This document shows, piece after piece, positions 20,262 through 29,365 of a stretch of 64,000 nt of DNA. This stretch comes from a virus. The DNA lies in the IMG/VR virus record IMGVR_UViG_3300042332_000965, positions 2,396 to 66,395 of that record, one strand, 5' to 3'. Under the pieces are notes generated by a model. That model was given only the letters and a program-made list of their open reading frames with translations. It ran no database searches and had not been told where the DNA came from. A program made the position numbers and the translations under genes. Numbering within the stretch: the first letter of the stretch is position 1; each line of letters begins with the position of its first letter.

Positions 20262-20299
20262 TTGCAAAAAGACGGATATCAGGTATACTGATATCCGTC
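20262..20299 (+). promoter_or_regulatory. sigma70-like promoter embedded in a 12-bp inverted repeat
   Basis: TTGCAA-16-TATACT; GACGGATATCAG/CTGATATCCGTC flanks the -10 box. Confidence 0.55.
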
Positions 20300-20323
20300 C
20301 CTTTCTTATAATAAGGAAAATTT

Positions 20324-22342
20324 ATGGTTAAGTACAGCTTTTGTATGGCTACGTATCAAGATTTCTATGGCGTCGATTCGACGATCATGGGCTTGCTTAT
20401 GTACCAAGATATGACCGATTGTGAAATTATTGTCCTGGACAACGACCCTAAAGGTACGCACGCGAACGACGTGCGTGGGTTGGTTCGCAATGCGGACGAA
20501 AACATCTGCCCTATCCATTACCATGAAATGGAAGGCAATAGCGGAACTTCTGCTACCCGGCATAAACTATTCGAACTTGCCAAGGGCGAGCTAGTAATAG
20601 TTATGGATTGCCACGTATTCTTACAGCAAGGGGCGGTTGCCCGCCTCAAGGCATTCTGGGAGTCTGCGACTCCAGAAATGAAAAAGAATCTGTTCACAGG
20701 TCCGTTGCTTATGGACAGCCTCTCATGGCGACAAACGCACTTTGAGTGCGAGTGGCGTTCTGAGATGTGGGGCACTTGGTCTACAGCATGGCGTAAAGAT
20801 GGCGAATACTTCGTGGCAAGAGAGTCCGAAGATAAGACCCAACTCGAAATGCGTAGGCACATGGGCACCGAGGTAGTCTACCAATTCAAACACGGTTGGC
20901 CTGGACACGAAAGGATCTTGCTACAGAACGGCTTCGTACCTGCTGGCTCAGATCCAGACGAACCGATCTTCGAGATTCCTGCCCAAGGCTTAGGCTTATT
21001 CCTTGGGGCTAAGGAACACTGGTTAGGATTCAATCCTCACCATAAACACTTCGGCGGCGAAGAATGCTACATCCATGAGAAGTACAGGCGAGCAGGTCGT
21101 AAGACCTACTGCCTCCCCTTCATGGGATGGCGGCACCGCTTCGGGCGTCCCGAAGGCCCCCGATACCCTATCTCCCGTGAAGGCAAGATGCGTAATTACG
21201 TACTTGAATTCATGGAGCTAGGTCTAGACCTAGAACCGATCCGCAAGCACTTCATAGATGAAGTCGGTCTGAAACCAGAAGTTTGGGATAAGTGCATTGC
21301 AGATCCAATCAACTTCGACCCATTCCAGCAATGGGCCGCTAACACCCACCCAGAGAATATGAAACCGATACTAAAGAGCAACATGGGCATGGATCTCCCA
21401 GCCAACATGGGTGACCTTGAGATGATGGCAGTAGAAGTCTCGGCTTGGCCGAGGGATCTACACGAACACATAGGCACATTCCTCAAGTATGGACGTAAGA
21501 GCAATTCAGTCCTAGAGATCAGCAAACGTCGAGAATCAACGCTGTTCTGGGCAGCAGGGCTCAATGGCCGAGCTTGCTCCGGTGCTTGTGCTACAAAGCC
21601 ATGCGATTGCAGAAGCCGATTGATAAGCTACCAAGCGGAACAAGATAGCCTGATAGCTATGGTAGTCCAATCCGTGGATCCCGAGAAGGGCCGCTTGGAC
21701 ACTGTTGATGTGTACAACAAGCCCCTGGACGGAGAACTTCCTGAGGTAGAAGGCGAATTCGATACCCTGTACTTCGACGGTCGCCATACAATGGCGTGGG
21801 TCGCTAATACCTTAGAGAAGTACAAGGGACAGATTAACAAGTACATCGTCCTACGAGGTGTTTCAGCATCCAACTCCGGTAATACCAGCGAAGACGAAAG
21901 CAAGCCAGGGACGTTTTTCGCCTTGCGAAACTTCGTCAAGCAGAACCCGGAATGGTTCGTAGTGCATCACTCTGAGAACTGCTACGGCATGACTGTACTA
22001 TCCAAGGTGGCCGCAGAGCGACCTGAGGAGCCAATTAAGCCTTGGCCGCCGATGGACGATGAAGGCAACACCTGCGGTGTAGGTTCCAATATCAAGGCCC
22101 TCCTAAAGACGATGGGTATCGAAGCTTCAGCTAACTGCGGCTGTAATGCACAAGCGGCACGCTTGGATGCTATCGGGCCGGATGCTTGCGAACTTGAGAT
22201 AGAGAGCATTCTAGACTATATGTACGAGCAGGCTAAGGCCCGGAGCTTGGAATCGCTCTTTGTTCGCCCAGCAGTCAGGATAGCAATACAACTGGCTATC
22301 CGACGTGCTAGGAAAAAGATCAAGAAAGGTGAGTGCTTCTAG
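20324..22342 (+). CDS. GT2 glycosyltransferase fused to SAM-methyltransferase-like and Cys-rich domains
   Basis: YSFCMATY, EIIVLDN, VIVMDCH, FGGEE (GT-A); LYFDGRHT (class I MTase-like); C-terminal CGVG...CGC...C. Confidence 0.75.
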   Translation: MVKYSFCMATYQDFYGVDSTIMGLLMYQDMTDCEIIVLDNDPKGTHANDVRGLVRNADENICPIHYHEMEGNSGTSATRHKLFELAKGELVIVMDCHVFLQQGAVARLKAFWESATPEMKKNLFTGPLLMDSLSWRQTHFECEWRSEMWGTWSTAWRKDGEYFVARESEDKTQLEMRRHMGTEVVYQFKHGWPGHERILLQNGFVPAGSDPDEPIFEIPAQGLGLFLGAKEHWLGFNPHHKHFGGEECYIHEKYRRAGRKTYCLPFMGWRHRFGRPEGPRYPISREGKMRNYVLEFMELGLDLEPIRKHFIDEVGLKPEVWDKCIADPINFDPFQQWAANTHPENMKPILKSNMGMDLPANMGDLEMMAVEVSAWPRDLHEHIGTFLKYGRKSNSVLEISKRRESTLFWAAGLNGRACSGACATKPCDCRSRLISYQAEQDSLIAMVVQSVDPEKGRLDTVDVYNKPLDGELPEVEGEFDTLYFDGRHTMAWVANTLEKYKGQINKYIVLRGVSASNSGNTSEDESKPGTFFALRNFVKQNPEWFVVHHSENCYGMTVLSKVAAERPEEPIKPWPPMDDEGNTCGVGSNIKALLKTMGIEASANCGCNAQAARLDAIGPDACELEIESILDYMYEQAKARSLESLFVRPAVRIAIQLAIRRARKKIKKGECF

Positions 22343-22355
22343 CACTCCAAGGACG

Positions 22356-22387
22356 TAAAAATACCCCGCGAGAGCGGGGTATTTTTA
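22356..22387. terminator. bidirectional rho-independent terminator between convergent modules
   Basis: TAAAAATACCCCGC-GAGA-GCGGGGTATTTTTA perfect stem with A/T tracts on both sides. Confidence 0.85.
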
Positions 22388-22391
22388 TTGG

Positions 22392-22991
22392 CTAGCCTTC
22401 CGATAAAAGACTGGTAACGTCAGCCATTTCCCAGTGGACACTGAGCCATGTTTCTTTACCGTCGAAGCTATCGACGCCAAGATTAGCTCGATGTCCCCAG
22501 ACATCGTTCTCGTCTATCCGTGTGATCTTGTAGAGATCCCCTTGATAGTCAAGAACAGTTCCAGGCTTCCATCCGTTGTACCGACAAATCTCTGCGGGGG
22601 AGATACCGTAGGAAAGCCAGATCATCCCAGATGAATTAGGGTGAGTCACGATCACTGGTTTGCGTTGTTCTCGCATACAGTTAATCATGGACTTGGTTCC
22701 CCGCGAATCCCCATCCCAAACGGCTAGCAGCGTATCCGCTGCCCTTGCCATCTCTTTGTTACGGATCGGCCCTGCTGCTTTGCCGTACAGATCCCAGTTC
22801 GCTGTAAACGGAACTACCTCCATGCGGCTAGTGAATATACACTTAGCCGCCGCATCGATACCCTTGGCATCTCCGTGGATGATGGTTGTAGGTGCCGGAA
22901 ATAACTTCAGGTAGGATCTATATGCAGCTTGGACCTGAACCACCGCTTCGCGGTGTGGGGTCGATCTGCTGCCTGCTATGACTAGACGCAT
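22392..22991 (-). CDS. SLOG/YspA-like (DUF2493) protein
   Basis: LVIAGSR, IIHGDAKGID, GKAAGPIRNKEM, WDGDSRGT. Confidence 0.8.
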   Translation of the reverse strand: MRLVIAGSRSTPHREAVVQVQAAYRSYLKLFPAPTTIIHGDAKGIDAAAKCIFTSRMEVVPFTANWDLYGKAAGPIRNKEMARAADTLLAVWDGDSRGTKSMINCMREQRKPVIVTHPNSSGMIWLSYGISPAEICRYNGWKPGTVLDYQGDLYKITRIDENDVWGHRANLGVDSFDGKETWLSVHWEMADVTSLLSEG

Positions 22992-23335
22992 TCTAATTGA
23001 CACTCCCAGTAAGCAAAACCAACATTATGGCTTCCGTACCACACCCGTTTCGTACCTCGGTAGCTATAACCAATCAACTCACCACACGTCCATTCTTGGC
23101 TTTTATGGTCACGAAAGCGAGCTGTTTTGAATGGAAAAGTGATATCCGAAGGCTCGGCATTTCTATACTGCTTTTGCTTACGCAAAACAAGAGCAAAACA
23201 CCCTGTGTGGTCGGAACAGGCTTCTACTACGTCCCCGTACCTGTTTATATAGACATCCCCTTGTCTGGGATATCTATACTCAGCGACCCCATCGTAGCCT
23301 TCGATAGGCTTAACCAAAGTAACTTCTATTGTCAT
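22982..23335 (-). CDS. paralogue family member (EGY/RxPxxG motif)
   Basis: IEGYDGVAEYRYPRQGDVYI...ARFRD...W..GEL; shared with five other ORFs in the window. Confidence 0.65.
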   Translation of the reverse strand: MTIEVTLVKPIEGYDGVAEYRYPRQGDVYINRYGDVVEACSDHTGCFALVLRKQKQYRNAEPSDITFPFKTARFRDHKSQEWTCGELIGYSYRGTKRVWYGSHNVGFAYWECQLECV

Positions 23336-23337
23336 AA

Positions 23338-24099
23338 CTATTTACCTCCAGTGAAGACACGATACATCTCAAGCACATGCTGTGCTTTATCGCAATACTT
23401 AGGCACCAATGGCCCTTGCTGGGCCGTAGGTGGGGTGTTTTGGTACCAGGAATCGTCAGCGGATCCCATGTAACCGCTTGTGTGGTTGTCGAGAGTTATG
23501 TCCCAGTTGTACACGTAGCCTGGACGCTCAGGGCCTGGAACGGTTTCGCCGTACTTGGCCCTCATGCGAGCTAGGAACTGCTGGTCAAAGACAGGTAGCA
23601 CACAATCGCCGTAACCACCGATCGCTTGTAGAGACGAGAGACGGTACGCACTAGAAGCCCAGAAACGCCCGCCCGAGTCTTCTACCTGGAAACGTCCACC
23701 ATAGCTGCTATACACCTTGCTTGGATAGCTCCAAGAATGGTTCTGTAGCACGGCTGCGTGGTCGCTGAGGAAGTGCGGTAAGTAGAGATCGTCATCGTCC
23801 ATGACGCACACGTAGATAGGGTCAAGTAGCCCTTCGAGGTTAGCTTCAACAATACCCTGGTCATACTTGGCCATCAAGAACGGGAACCGTTCCTTGTAGT
23901 TGTAGAGGTGAACATCACGGCCAGTTCCTGGCCCTTTGATGTACTGCGATCCGGGGACAGCTCCGGGTCGATCGTCGAGCAAGTAAAGCTCGGCTTCGCC
24001 GTCGTAGTCCTGATCGATAAACGACTGGATCAAGTTCTCCGTCCACTCTTGCCGGTGATTCCAAACAGCACAGAGACAAATAAATAATGGTTTAGTCAT
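23338..24099 (-). CDS. GT-A fold glycosyltransferase
   Basis: SFIDQDY...LLDD, CVMDDDDLYLP, IGGY, FDQ. Confidence 0.75.
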   Translation of the reverse strand: MTKPLFICLCAVWNHRQEWTENLIQSFIDQDYDGEAELYLLDDRPGAVPGSQYIKGPGTGRDVHLYNYKERFPFLMAKYDQGIVEANLEGLLDPIYVCVMDDDDLYLPHFLSDHAAVLQNHSWSYPSKVYSSYGGRFQVEDSGGRFWASSAYRLSSLQAIGGYGDCVLPVFDQQFLARMRAKYGETVPGPERPGYVYNWDITLDNHTSGYMGSADDSWYQNTPPTAQQGPLVPKYCDKAQHVLEMYRVFTGGK

Positions 24100-24454
24100 C
24101 AAGCACCTCACAAAATAAATAAGAACAACTATCCCGCATACCCCAGCGAGTTCCTTTAGCTTCAGGCCAAACTGTAGCTAGCTCGCCATATAGCCAAGCC
24201 TCCGTAGTCCAATTACGGAACCGAGCTACGATCTTCTCTCCGCGAATAGCCCGAATACCATCTTCGACCGTAGCCGGTCGCCATTTCGGTATGACTGTCA
24301 GGACCAGCACGTCTTTCTCGAAGCTACTATGGTCTTGCTTAGCTACACGAATTGTTTGGGTAAGTCTACTTAGATAGCTCTCGCCTTTTTTAGGTAGGCG
24401 TAATTCAGCGATCTCCTCGTAGCCCTCAATAGGCTCTAACAGCTTTACTTTCAT
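24092..24454 (-). CDS. paralogue family member (EGY/RxPxxG motif)
   Basis: IEGYEEIAELRLPKKGESYL...WRPA...ARFRN...WLYGEL...CEV. Confidence 0.65.
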   Translation of the reverse strand: MKVKLLEPIEGYEEIAELRLPKKGESYLSRLTQTIRVAKQDHSSFEKDVLVLTVIPKWRPATVEDGIRAIRGEKIVARFRNWTTEAWLYGELATVWPEAKGTRWGMRDSCSYLFCEVLDD

Positions 24455-24744
24455 CTTCTCTGTAGATTCCTTAGGATTTCTTTGATGGGATCTACACGGG
24501 GTCTGCCCGCCTTGGACATTAAATCTCCCCCGTGCATATCATTGCGATCGTTAGGATTGAAGATAGGCTGTCGCCTAGCAGCTCGTTCCCGGTAGATCTC
24601 AATACGTTCCAGGCTTCCAGGTAAGCTACCTGTAGGCTCTTGGTAGACCAAAGGATTAGTGCTCCCGAATATAAGAACAGCGTCTTCCTTTGATTGTGCT
24701 GCGAAGCGTTCCGCTTCCGGCAAATAGTCTTGGTTTCTGCCCAC
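24451..24744 (-). CDS. hypothetical protein
   Basis: Coupled ORF; PTGSLPGSLERIEIYRERA motif. Confidence 0.55.
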   Translation of the reverse strand: MGRNQDYLPEAERFAAQSKEDAVLIFGSTNPLVYQEPTGSLPGSLERIEIYRERAARRQPIFNPNDRNDMHGGDLMSKAGRPRVDPIKEILRNLQRR

Positions 24745-25328
24745 TATAACTCTACTACGTTCCCCCGAGCTAGCTCGGGAATATGTGTTACCATAATAAA
24801 CTGAAACCCTAGCTCGCTTGCCAGCGAGTCTAGTAGGGACGCTACACGTTCCCGGTGCTCAGCACTCAGGAACCGGAACGGTTCGTCGAGTATTAGCACT
24901 TGTGCTGGTTTAGGCTTGGATAGAACAATCGTAGCTAGCCGCAAAGCAAATGCTATGATGTCTACCACTCCACCTCCATTAGCTCGTAATGGATCATACT
25001 CGTTACCCTCACCGTCCACAAGTACAAATCTAACTTCGCTCTGGTCTCGCTTTCGCTCATAGACCAAGCGGAATCGGTATCTGTTTTCAGGGAATATGTC
25101 GGCAAGGCATCGGGTAACGAACTGCTCCAAAGTAGCCTTGGCCTGCATTTGACAGTGCATAGCCAGGGCCTTAGTCGCTTCTGCGACGGTGGCCAAGTCG
25201 GCTTTGGTGAACTGTAAGTTCTCGTACTTGGTTACTTCTGCTGCAAGCATTCCGTCTACGATCTCTTTGTCGCGTCTACGCGACAGTTGAGTCAGCAGTT
25301 CTGCTTTGTACCAATCAGATTGACTCAT
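24744..25328 (-). CDS. Rad50/SbcC-like ATPase, C-terminal half
   Basis: Signature-like ANGGG, Walker B ILDEP, H-loop VTH; no Walker A. Confidence 0.8.
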   Translation of the reverse strand: MSQSDWYKAELLTQLSRRRDKEIVDGMLAAEVTKYENLQFTKADLATVAEATKALAMHCQMQAKATLEQFVTRCLADIFPENRYRFRLVYERKRDQSEVRFVLVDGEGNEYDPLRANGGGVVDIIAFALRLATIVLSKPKPAQVLILDEPFRFLSAEHRERVASLLDSLASELGFQFIMVTHIPELARGNVVEL

Positions 25329-25542
25329 ACTCTGCCTTCAGTTTGGTGACTTCGGCTTCCTGCTCAGCCTGCTGAGCCTCAAGCTCCAGGATCTTGTTCT
25401 CGGCTTCCGCTATCGTTGAAACGCCGAATTCCTTCCTTAGTCGCTCTAGAAGCGAATCTCGCTTCCCGATAATCTGGTTCCGCTTGGCTTGTAGGTCTTG
25501 GAGTTGTTTCTGTAACGATTCTAGCGTTGGTTCCTTGGCCAC
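25315..25542 (-). CDS. small coiled-coil protein
   Basis: 75-aa heptad-rich ORF within the Mre11/Rad50 cluster. Confidence 0.6.
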   Translation of the reverse strand: MAKEPTLESLQKQLQDLQAKRNQIIGKRDSLLERLRKEFGVSTIAEAENKILELEAQQAEQEAEVTKLKAEYESI

Positions 25543-25706
25543 AACACGTATCCTTAATTAGAGTACACTTACCGTTGAATTTGAAAGGGCAGTCAGCCAC
25601 TTTTAGCTTTTCCCATATCCTCCAGGGTTGCGGAGGATCTCCAGGTATTGGCACGTTCTCGTTAAATTCCGTATGACGTAACAATACCTCTCCGCATTCG
25701 CGGCAC

Positions 25707-26597
25707 TTAATTTCGTTCGTTGAGGTGTGCGAGGAGTTCATAGTATAGTACCTGTACTTGGTCTTTCGCCTGCTCGGCTTGCATCGTTAGGGTTTCTACG
25801 AAGTCGGCACCGACTATCTGCATCGCTGAAAGCGATTGTATGATCGAGTCAGTTTTTTCTTGCACGGCTTCGCCTTGCCACTGAGGATCGATCTCTGGGA
25901 AGCTTACCGCTTCGTAAGTATTGTCAGAGTAGACGATACCCAGCTTAGCAACATGCCCGACCTGGGCACTTGTCATCGCTAACAGCGATCCGTGGTTGAC
26001 TATGTTCCGCAGCGACCAAGCTATGTGATTATCCCCGATGGCTACGCCATCAAAGGCTCTCATGTGGTCCGTCATGCGGGATAGGTTGGATTCCTCGTCG
26101 GCCCCGACGTAGCAGTTCGCTTGGTGAGTCCACACATACTTGTGGAGTAGGCAGAGCCGGAACATACCCTCGAAGTCCTGCTTAGGTAGATCGTAGTGGC
26201 CCCAAGGCTGTCCATATAACGCTACTGCGTTCCTCATGTTGCCTACGGGCATCCACTGCCCGGCTGGAATATCTTGAATAGCTCCAGCCTTGATTAAGGC
26301 ACCATAGGCCCCTTCGTGGCGGGCATTGTATCGGTGCTGCTGTAGGTCGTGCTGCCCCGGAACTGTGTAGATCTCCATACCTTTGAGTGCTGATATAGCC
26401 CAGGACACAAGGGATGATGGTGGATCCGGACGATCAAATACGTCCCCGGCGATAGCAATAGCTACATCCGGATAGGCAGCTTTTAGCTGCGAGATCCGCT
26501 TCTCCATTACACCGAACCAGGAATTCTCAGCCCGCGAAGCGGGTACTGTAGTTCGCAGGTGCCAGTCGCTTGTAGTTACTAGTATAGGCTTTTTCAT
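25707..26597 (-). CDS. Mre11/SbcD-like nuclease (metallophosphoesterase)
   Basis: SDWH, AGDVFD, PGQHD, LLH, GDNH, NHGS. Confidence 0.85.
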   Translation of the reverse strand: MKKPILVTTSDWHLRTTVPASRAENSWFGVMEKRISQLKAAYPDVAIAIAGDVFDRPDPPSSLVSWAISALKGMEIYTVPGQHDLQQHRYNARHEGAYGALIKAGAIQDIPAGQWMPVGNMRNAVALYGQPWGHYDLPKQDFEGMFRLCLLHKYVWTHQANCYVGADEESNLSRMTDHMRAFDGVAIGDNHIAWSLRNIVNHGSLLAMTSAQVGHVAKLGIVYSDNTYEAVSFPEIDPQWQGEAVQEKTDSIIQSLSAMQIVGADFVETLTMQAEQAKDQVQVLYYELLAHLNERN

Positions 26598-27283
26598 TAC
26601 CAACCTTCCATCGGGAATTCGAGGTAGACTTGTACTTGCTGTCGGATTTCGTTCTTCGGTGACTTGACCGTATCAGAGTTCCGTGTCAAGCGAATGAACC
26701 AACGCCACCCAGAACCGACTGCGGCGGTTCCTTGGTGAAAGGTTTGCCAGTCGAAGTAAATCATCTCCCCGCTTTTAGCGTGGACTTTTTCTAGCTTACC
26801 TTCGGCAAGTAGTCGCATTACTTCGTTATGCCATTCCCGGTAGATCAATTCGCCTTCAGGAATGGCAGGCATTGTGCACTTACCTACAGCAAATTCAGTA
26901 GGGCATACTTCCGCATTAACCAAGCCTAGCAAATGCTCACTGTGGTATTTGGGTGTATCGTAATCCGGCTGTCCCGCAGTTAGAAAATGCTCACCTTCAG
27001 CTACCGGTGGACGTGGAACGTCATCATGGTGGTAGCCAGGGATAGCTGGATACCAGCCATTCATAAGCATGTGGACTCGGCTATCGACGATAGAATCGTC
27101 CCAGCCATCCGGGAGATTGTCAAGAAATGCCTGTGTAACAGGCCCAGCGTGCTGCCGCACAAAGTTGATGTGCGACTTATAGAACATAGGCTCCTTATTC
27201 AGGATGTCCTTGTCCCATTCGCATGGGAACTTCCCAATGACTTTAATCTGCGAATCAAATGTTTTTGGCGTCGATGCACCCAT
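26597..27283 (-). CDS. putative 2OG-Fe(II) oxygenase-like (double-stranded beta-helix) protein
   Basis: PAIPGYHHD (HxD), distal FHQG, WRWFIR; GGAGG RBS before MGASTPK. Confidence 0.55.
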   Translation of the reverse strand: MGASTPKTFDSQIKVIGKFPCEWDKDILNKEPMFYKSHINFVRQHAGPVTQAFLDNLPDGWDDSIVDSRVHMLMNGWYPAIPGYHHDDVPRPPVAEGEHFLTAGQPDYDTPKYHSEHLLGLVNAEVCPTEFAVGKCTMPAIPEGELIYREWHNEVMRLLAEGKLEKVHAKSGEMIYFDWQTFHQGTAAVGSGWRWFIRLTRNSDTVKSPKNEIRQQVQVYLEFPMEGW

Positions 27284-27301
27284 AATTACCTCCAAAAGAA
27301 A

Positions 27302-27377
27302 GGGGACCGGGCGGGAGTCCAACCCGCAACGTCCGCATTACTGCGGCTGACTTGGCTTGATTAAATCGACCGATCCC
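27302..27377 (-). ncRNA. tRNA-like RNA lacking an anticodon loop (GNRA-capped)
   Basis: 8-bp acceptor GGGATCGG/CCGGTCCC, D-like GATTT/AAGTC, CCGCA-GTAA-TGCGG, T arm GCGGG-TTGGACT-CCCGC; fills intergenic gap. Confidence 0.6.
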
Positions 27378-27381
27378 ATGT

Positions 27382-28506
27382 TTAACTAGGTAGCAGTTTC
27401 CCGCAGTGCGGGCATACGTTTCCTAGCTTTTGTATGGCCGTTTCTACGCCCCCGATCTCCTCGCCGATGGTAGTGAACTGCTTCCGCAGTTCCTTCAAAT
27501 CGGTTACCGATTCCTTGAGGGCCGTCACACGGCTTCCTGTTGCAGTCACTATACACACACTGGAGGCGAGGCTCTGTTTAATTTCGGAATAAATTGTCTC
27601 TATTAGGGCAGCTAATGCTGCGTATTCCCAGAGCATGTCCCGTAAGGCAGCGTGCCGCTGCTTGAGCCCAACCTGAGCCTCTACCGCTGCTACCAACGCA
27701 TCCAGTCGCGGGAGCGACTCAGAAGCCTTGTGATCTCCCAGGATGCTTGCTAGGGCCTGTTTTGAGGCTTTGGTAGCCTCTAGCCGTTTCACGGCTTCTA
27801 GGTAGGCTTCGACTAGCTTGGTATCGCAGTCCAGGTGGAATACATCACGGTTGAGTTCTTCAACCTCGATTACAATATCTGAGATTTCAGTAGACTTGGA
27901 GTACAGCAATTCGTTGTTGATCGTAATTGCTTCCACTGCCCGTAGAATCGCAAGGCGATTTTCCAGGTCATCGAAGCCCCGCAACTGAGCAGTATACTGC
28001 TCTATGCGGCCTTGGGATAGTTCGATCTCCATATTGATTCGCATATCCTTGGTCTTGAGCCAAGTAATCGCAGTATCGATCGCATCCAGGGAAACTATCT
28101 TATTGATTTCCTTGGATGCCTGCCCAGGCGTTAGAGTTAGCAGATAGTGGGAATCATGCTGCGATTGGAAGTTGATTTCTGTTAGATTGTGTGCCTGTTT
28201 GATATCGATCGGCTGCTCTTTACCACAGGCTAGATACTCGGTGGAACCGAGACGATAGCCGTATTTCTTCCGATCACGGAAGCGGATTATCGGGGCTTGG
28301 TCGGTTTTGATGCCGACCTTAACCGAAGTCTCGCCGTGGCTAACGATCCCATCCTGAGATTCGTGTAATGCCAGCCATTTAATGGCTCGGATGACCGAGG
28401 ACTTCCCGCTGTCGGTAGGACCGACAAATACGTTCAACCCTGGACACAAAATGAACCTGCGGTCCAAGTGCCTCTGGAAATGTTCGAGTCGAATTTCTTG
28501 GATCAT
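27382..28506 (-). CDS. Rad50/SbcC-like ATPase, N-terminal half ending at zinc hook
   Basis: Walker A GPTDSGKS, Q-loop FQSQHD, coiled coil, terminal CPHCG. Confidence 0.85.
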   Translation of the reverse strand: MIQEIRLEHFQRHLDRRFILCPGLNVFVGPTDSGKSSVIRAIKWLALHESQDGIVSHGETSVKVGIKTDQAPIIRFRDRKKYGYRLGSTEYLACGKEQPIDIKQAHNLTEINFQSQHDSHYLLTLTPGQASKEINKIVSLDAIDTAITWLKTKDMRINMEIELSQGRIEQYTAQLRGFDDLENRLAILRAVEAITINNELLYSKSTEISDIVIEVEELNRDVFHLDCDTKLVEAYLEAVKRLEATKASKQALASILGDHKASESLPRLDALVAAVEAQVGLKQRHAALRDMLWEYAALAALIETIYSEIKQSLASSVCIVTATGSRVTALKESVTDLKELRKQFTTIGEEIGGVETAIQKLGNVCPHCGKLLPS

Positions 28507-28507
28507 A

Positions 28508-28744
28508 CTACACCGTCTGTTTTAGCTGGATTCCTATGACCTGTTCCAGGTCAATGCAAGCGTGGTTCATTCCGTGATGGAATTCCGCATGCCTACAAGC
28601 CGACCCAAAGAGCAGGCACCATAGCTTACCCCAAATACTGCGAGAGAACCGCCATCTCGCTAAGGCATCCTCGTAATGCCCTAAGCTAGATTCGGATACC
28701 GTTACTACACGGTCAGCGTAAATATAAATAAGTTCGGATTTCAT
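28508..28744 (-). CDS. hypothetical protein
   Basis: Tightly packed co-oriented ORF. Confidence 0.55.
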   Translation of the reverse strand: MKSELIYIYADRVVTVSESSLGHYEDALARWRFSRSIWGKLWCLLFGSACRHAEFHHGMNHACIDLEQVIGIQLKQTV

Positions 28745-29365
28745 TTAGTAGCTAACTCCCATGTTGAAGCTATCGGTCATTTTAACTTTCTTGCCGTTAC
28801 AGAATATAACAGCAAAGATATCCCACACCCAAGCTTCCATAAGGAACTGGGTCATCATCTGCCCACCTACGCCTCCAAAGGGGCCTGCGGTGTTGCCGAA
28901 TGTCTGCAACCACCGGACGTACTGCAATTCCTCGGGGTGTTGTATATCATGTACGCGAACGCCTATGTGCTGTAGATACACATTCAAATGCTGTAAGGCC
29001 GCTTCGCGGCCCATAGATGGAGTGAGCTGGGAACCCGCTCTGAGATACTGGGTAACAGATTGGACTGTCCCTCGGTTAAAGTTCTTATCGTTCACCCACT
29101 TTGCATACTCGTCTGCATTCTTTTTAGATGTCGAGTAGTGCACATGCTGCATCGCTTTGGGTTGATCTCCGAAAGGCCGAAGGCTACGGATCTCCCAAAG
29201 TTCATCAGGTTGCTTTGTTTCTGGTTCTTTCATTTGTAGTCCAGCGTTAAGGTGTTTCAAGGGTTCTAAGAATGCTTGGGCCGTTGGCCCCAATGAATCC
29301 CAGAACCTATGGGATTCTTCCATCTGGCGTTTAAGCCAGCCTTCCGGGAGTTCAATAGATTTCAT
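28745..29365 (-). CDS. hypothetical protein
   Basis: 206 aa, WLQTFGNTAGPFGGVGGQMMT motif. Confidence 0.6.
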   Translation of the reverse strand: MKSIELPEGWLKRQMEESHRFWDSLGPTAQAFLEPLKHLNAGLQMKEPETKQPDELWEIRSLRPFGDQPKAMQHVHYSTSKKNADEYAKWVNDKNFNRGTVQSVTQYLRAGSQLTPSMGREAALQHLNVYLQHIGVRVHDIQHPEELQYVRWLQTFGNTAGPFGGVGGQMMTQFLMEAWVWDIFAVIFCNGKKVKMTDSFNMGVSY

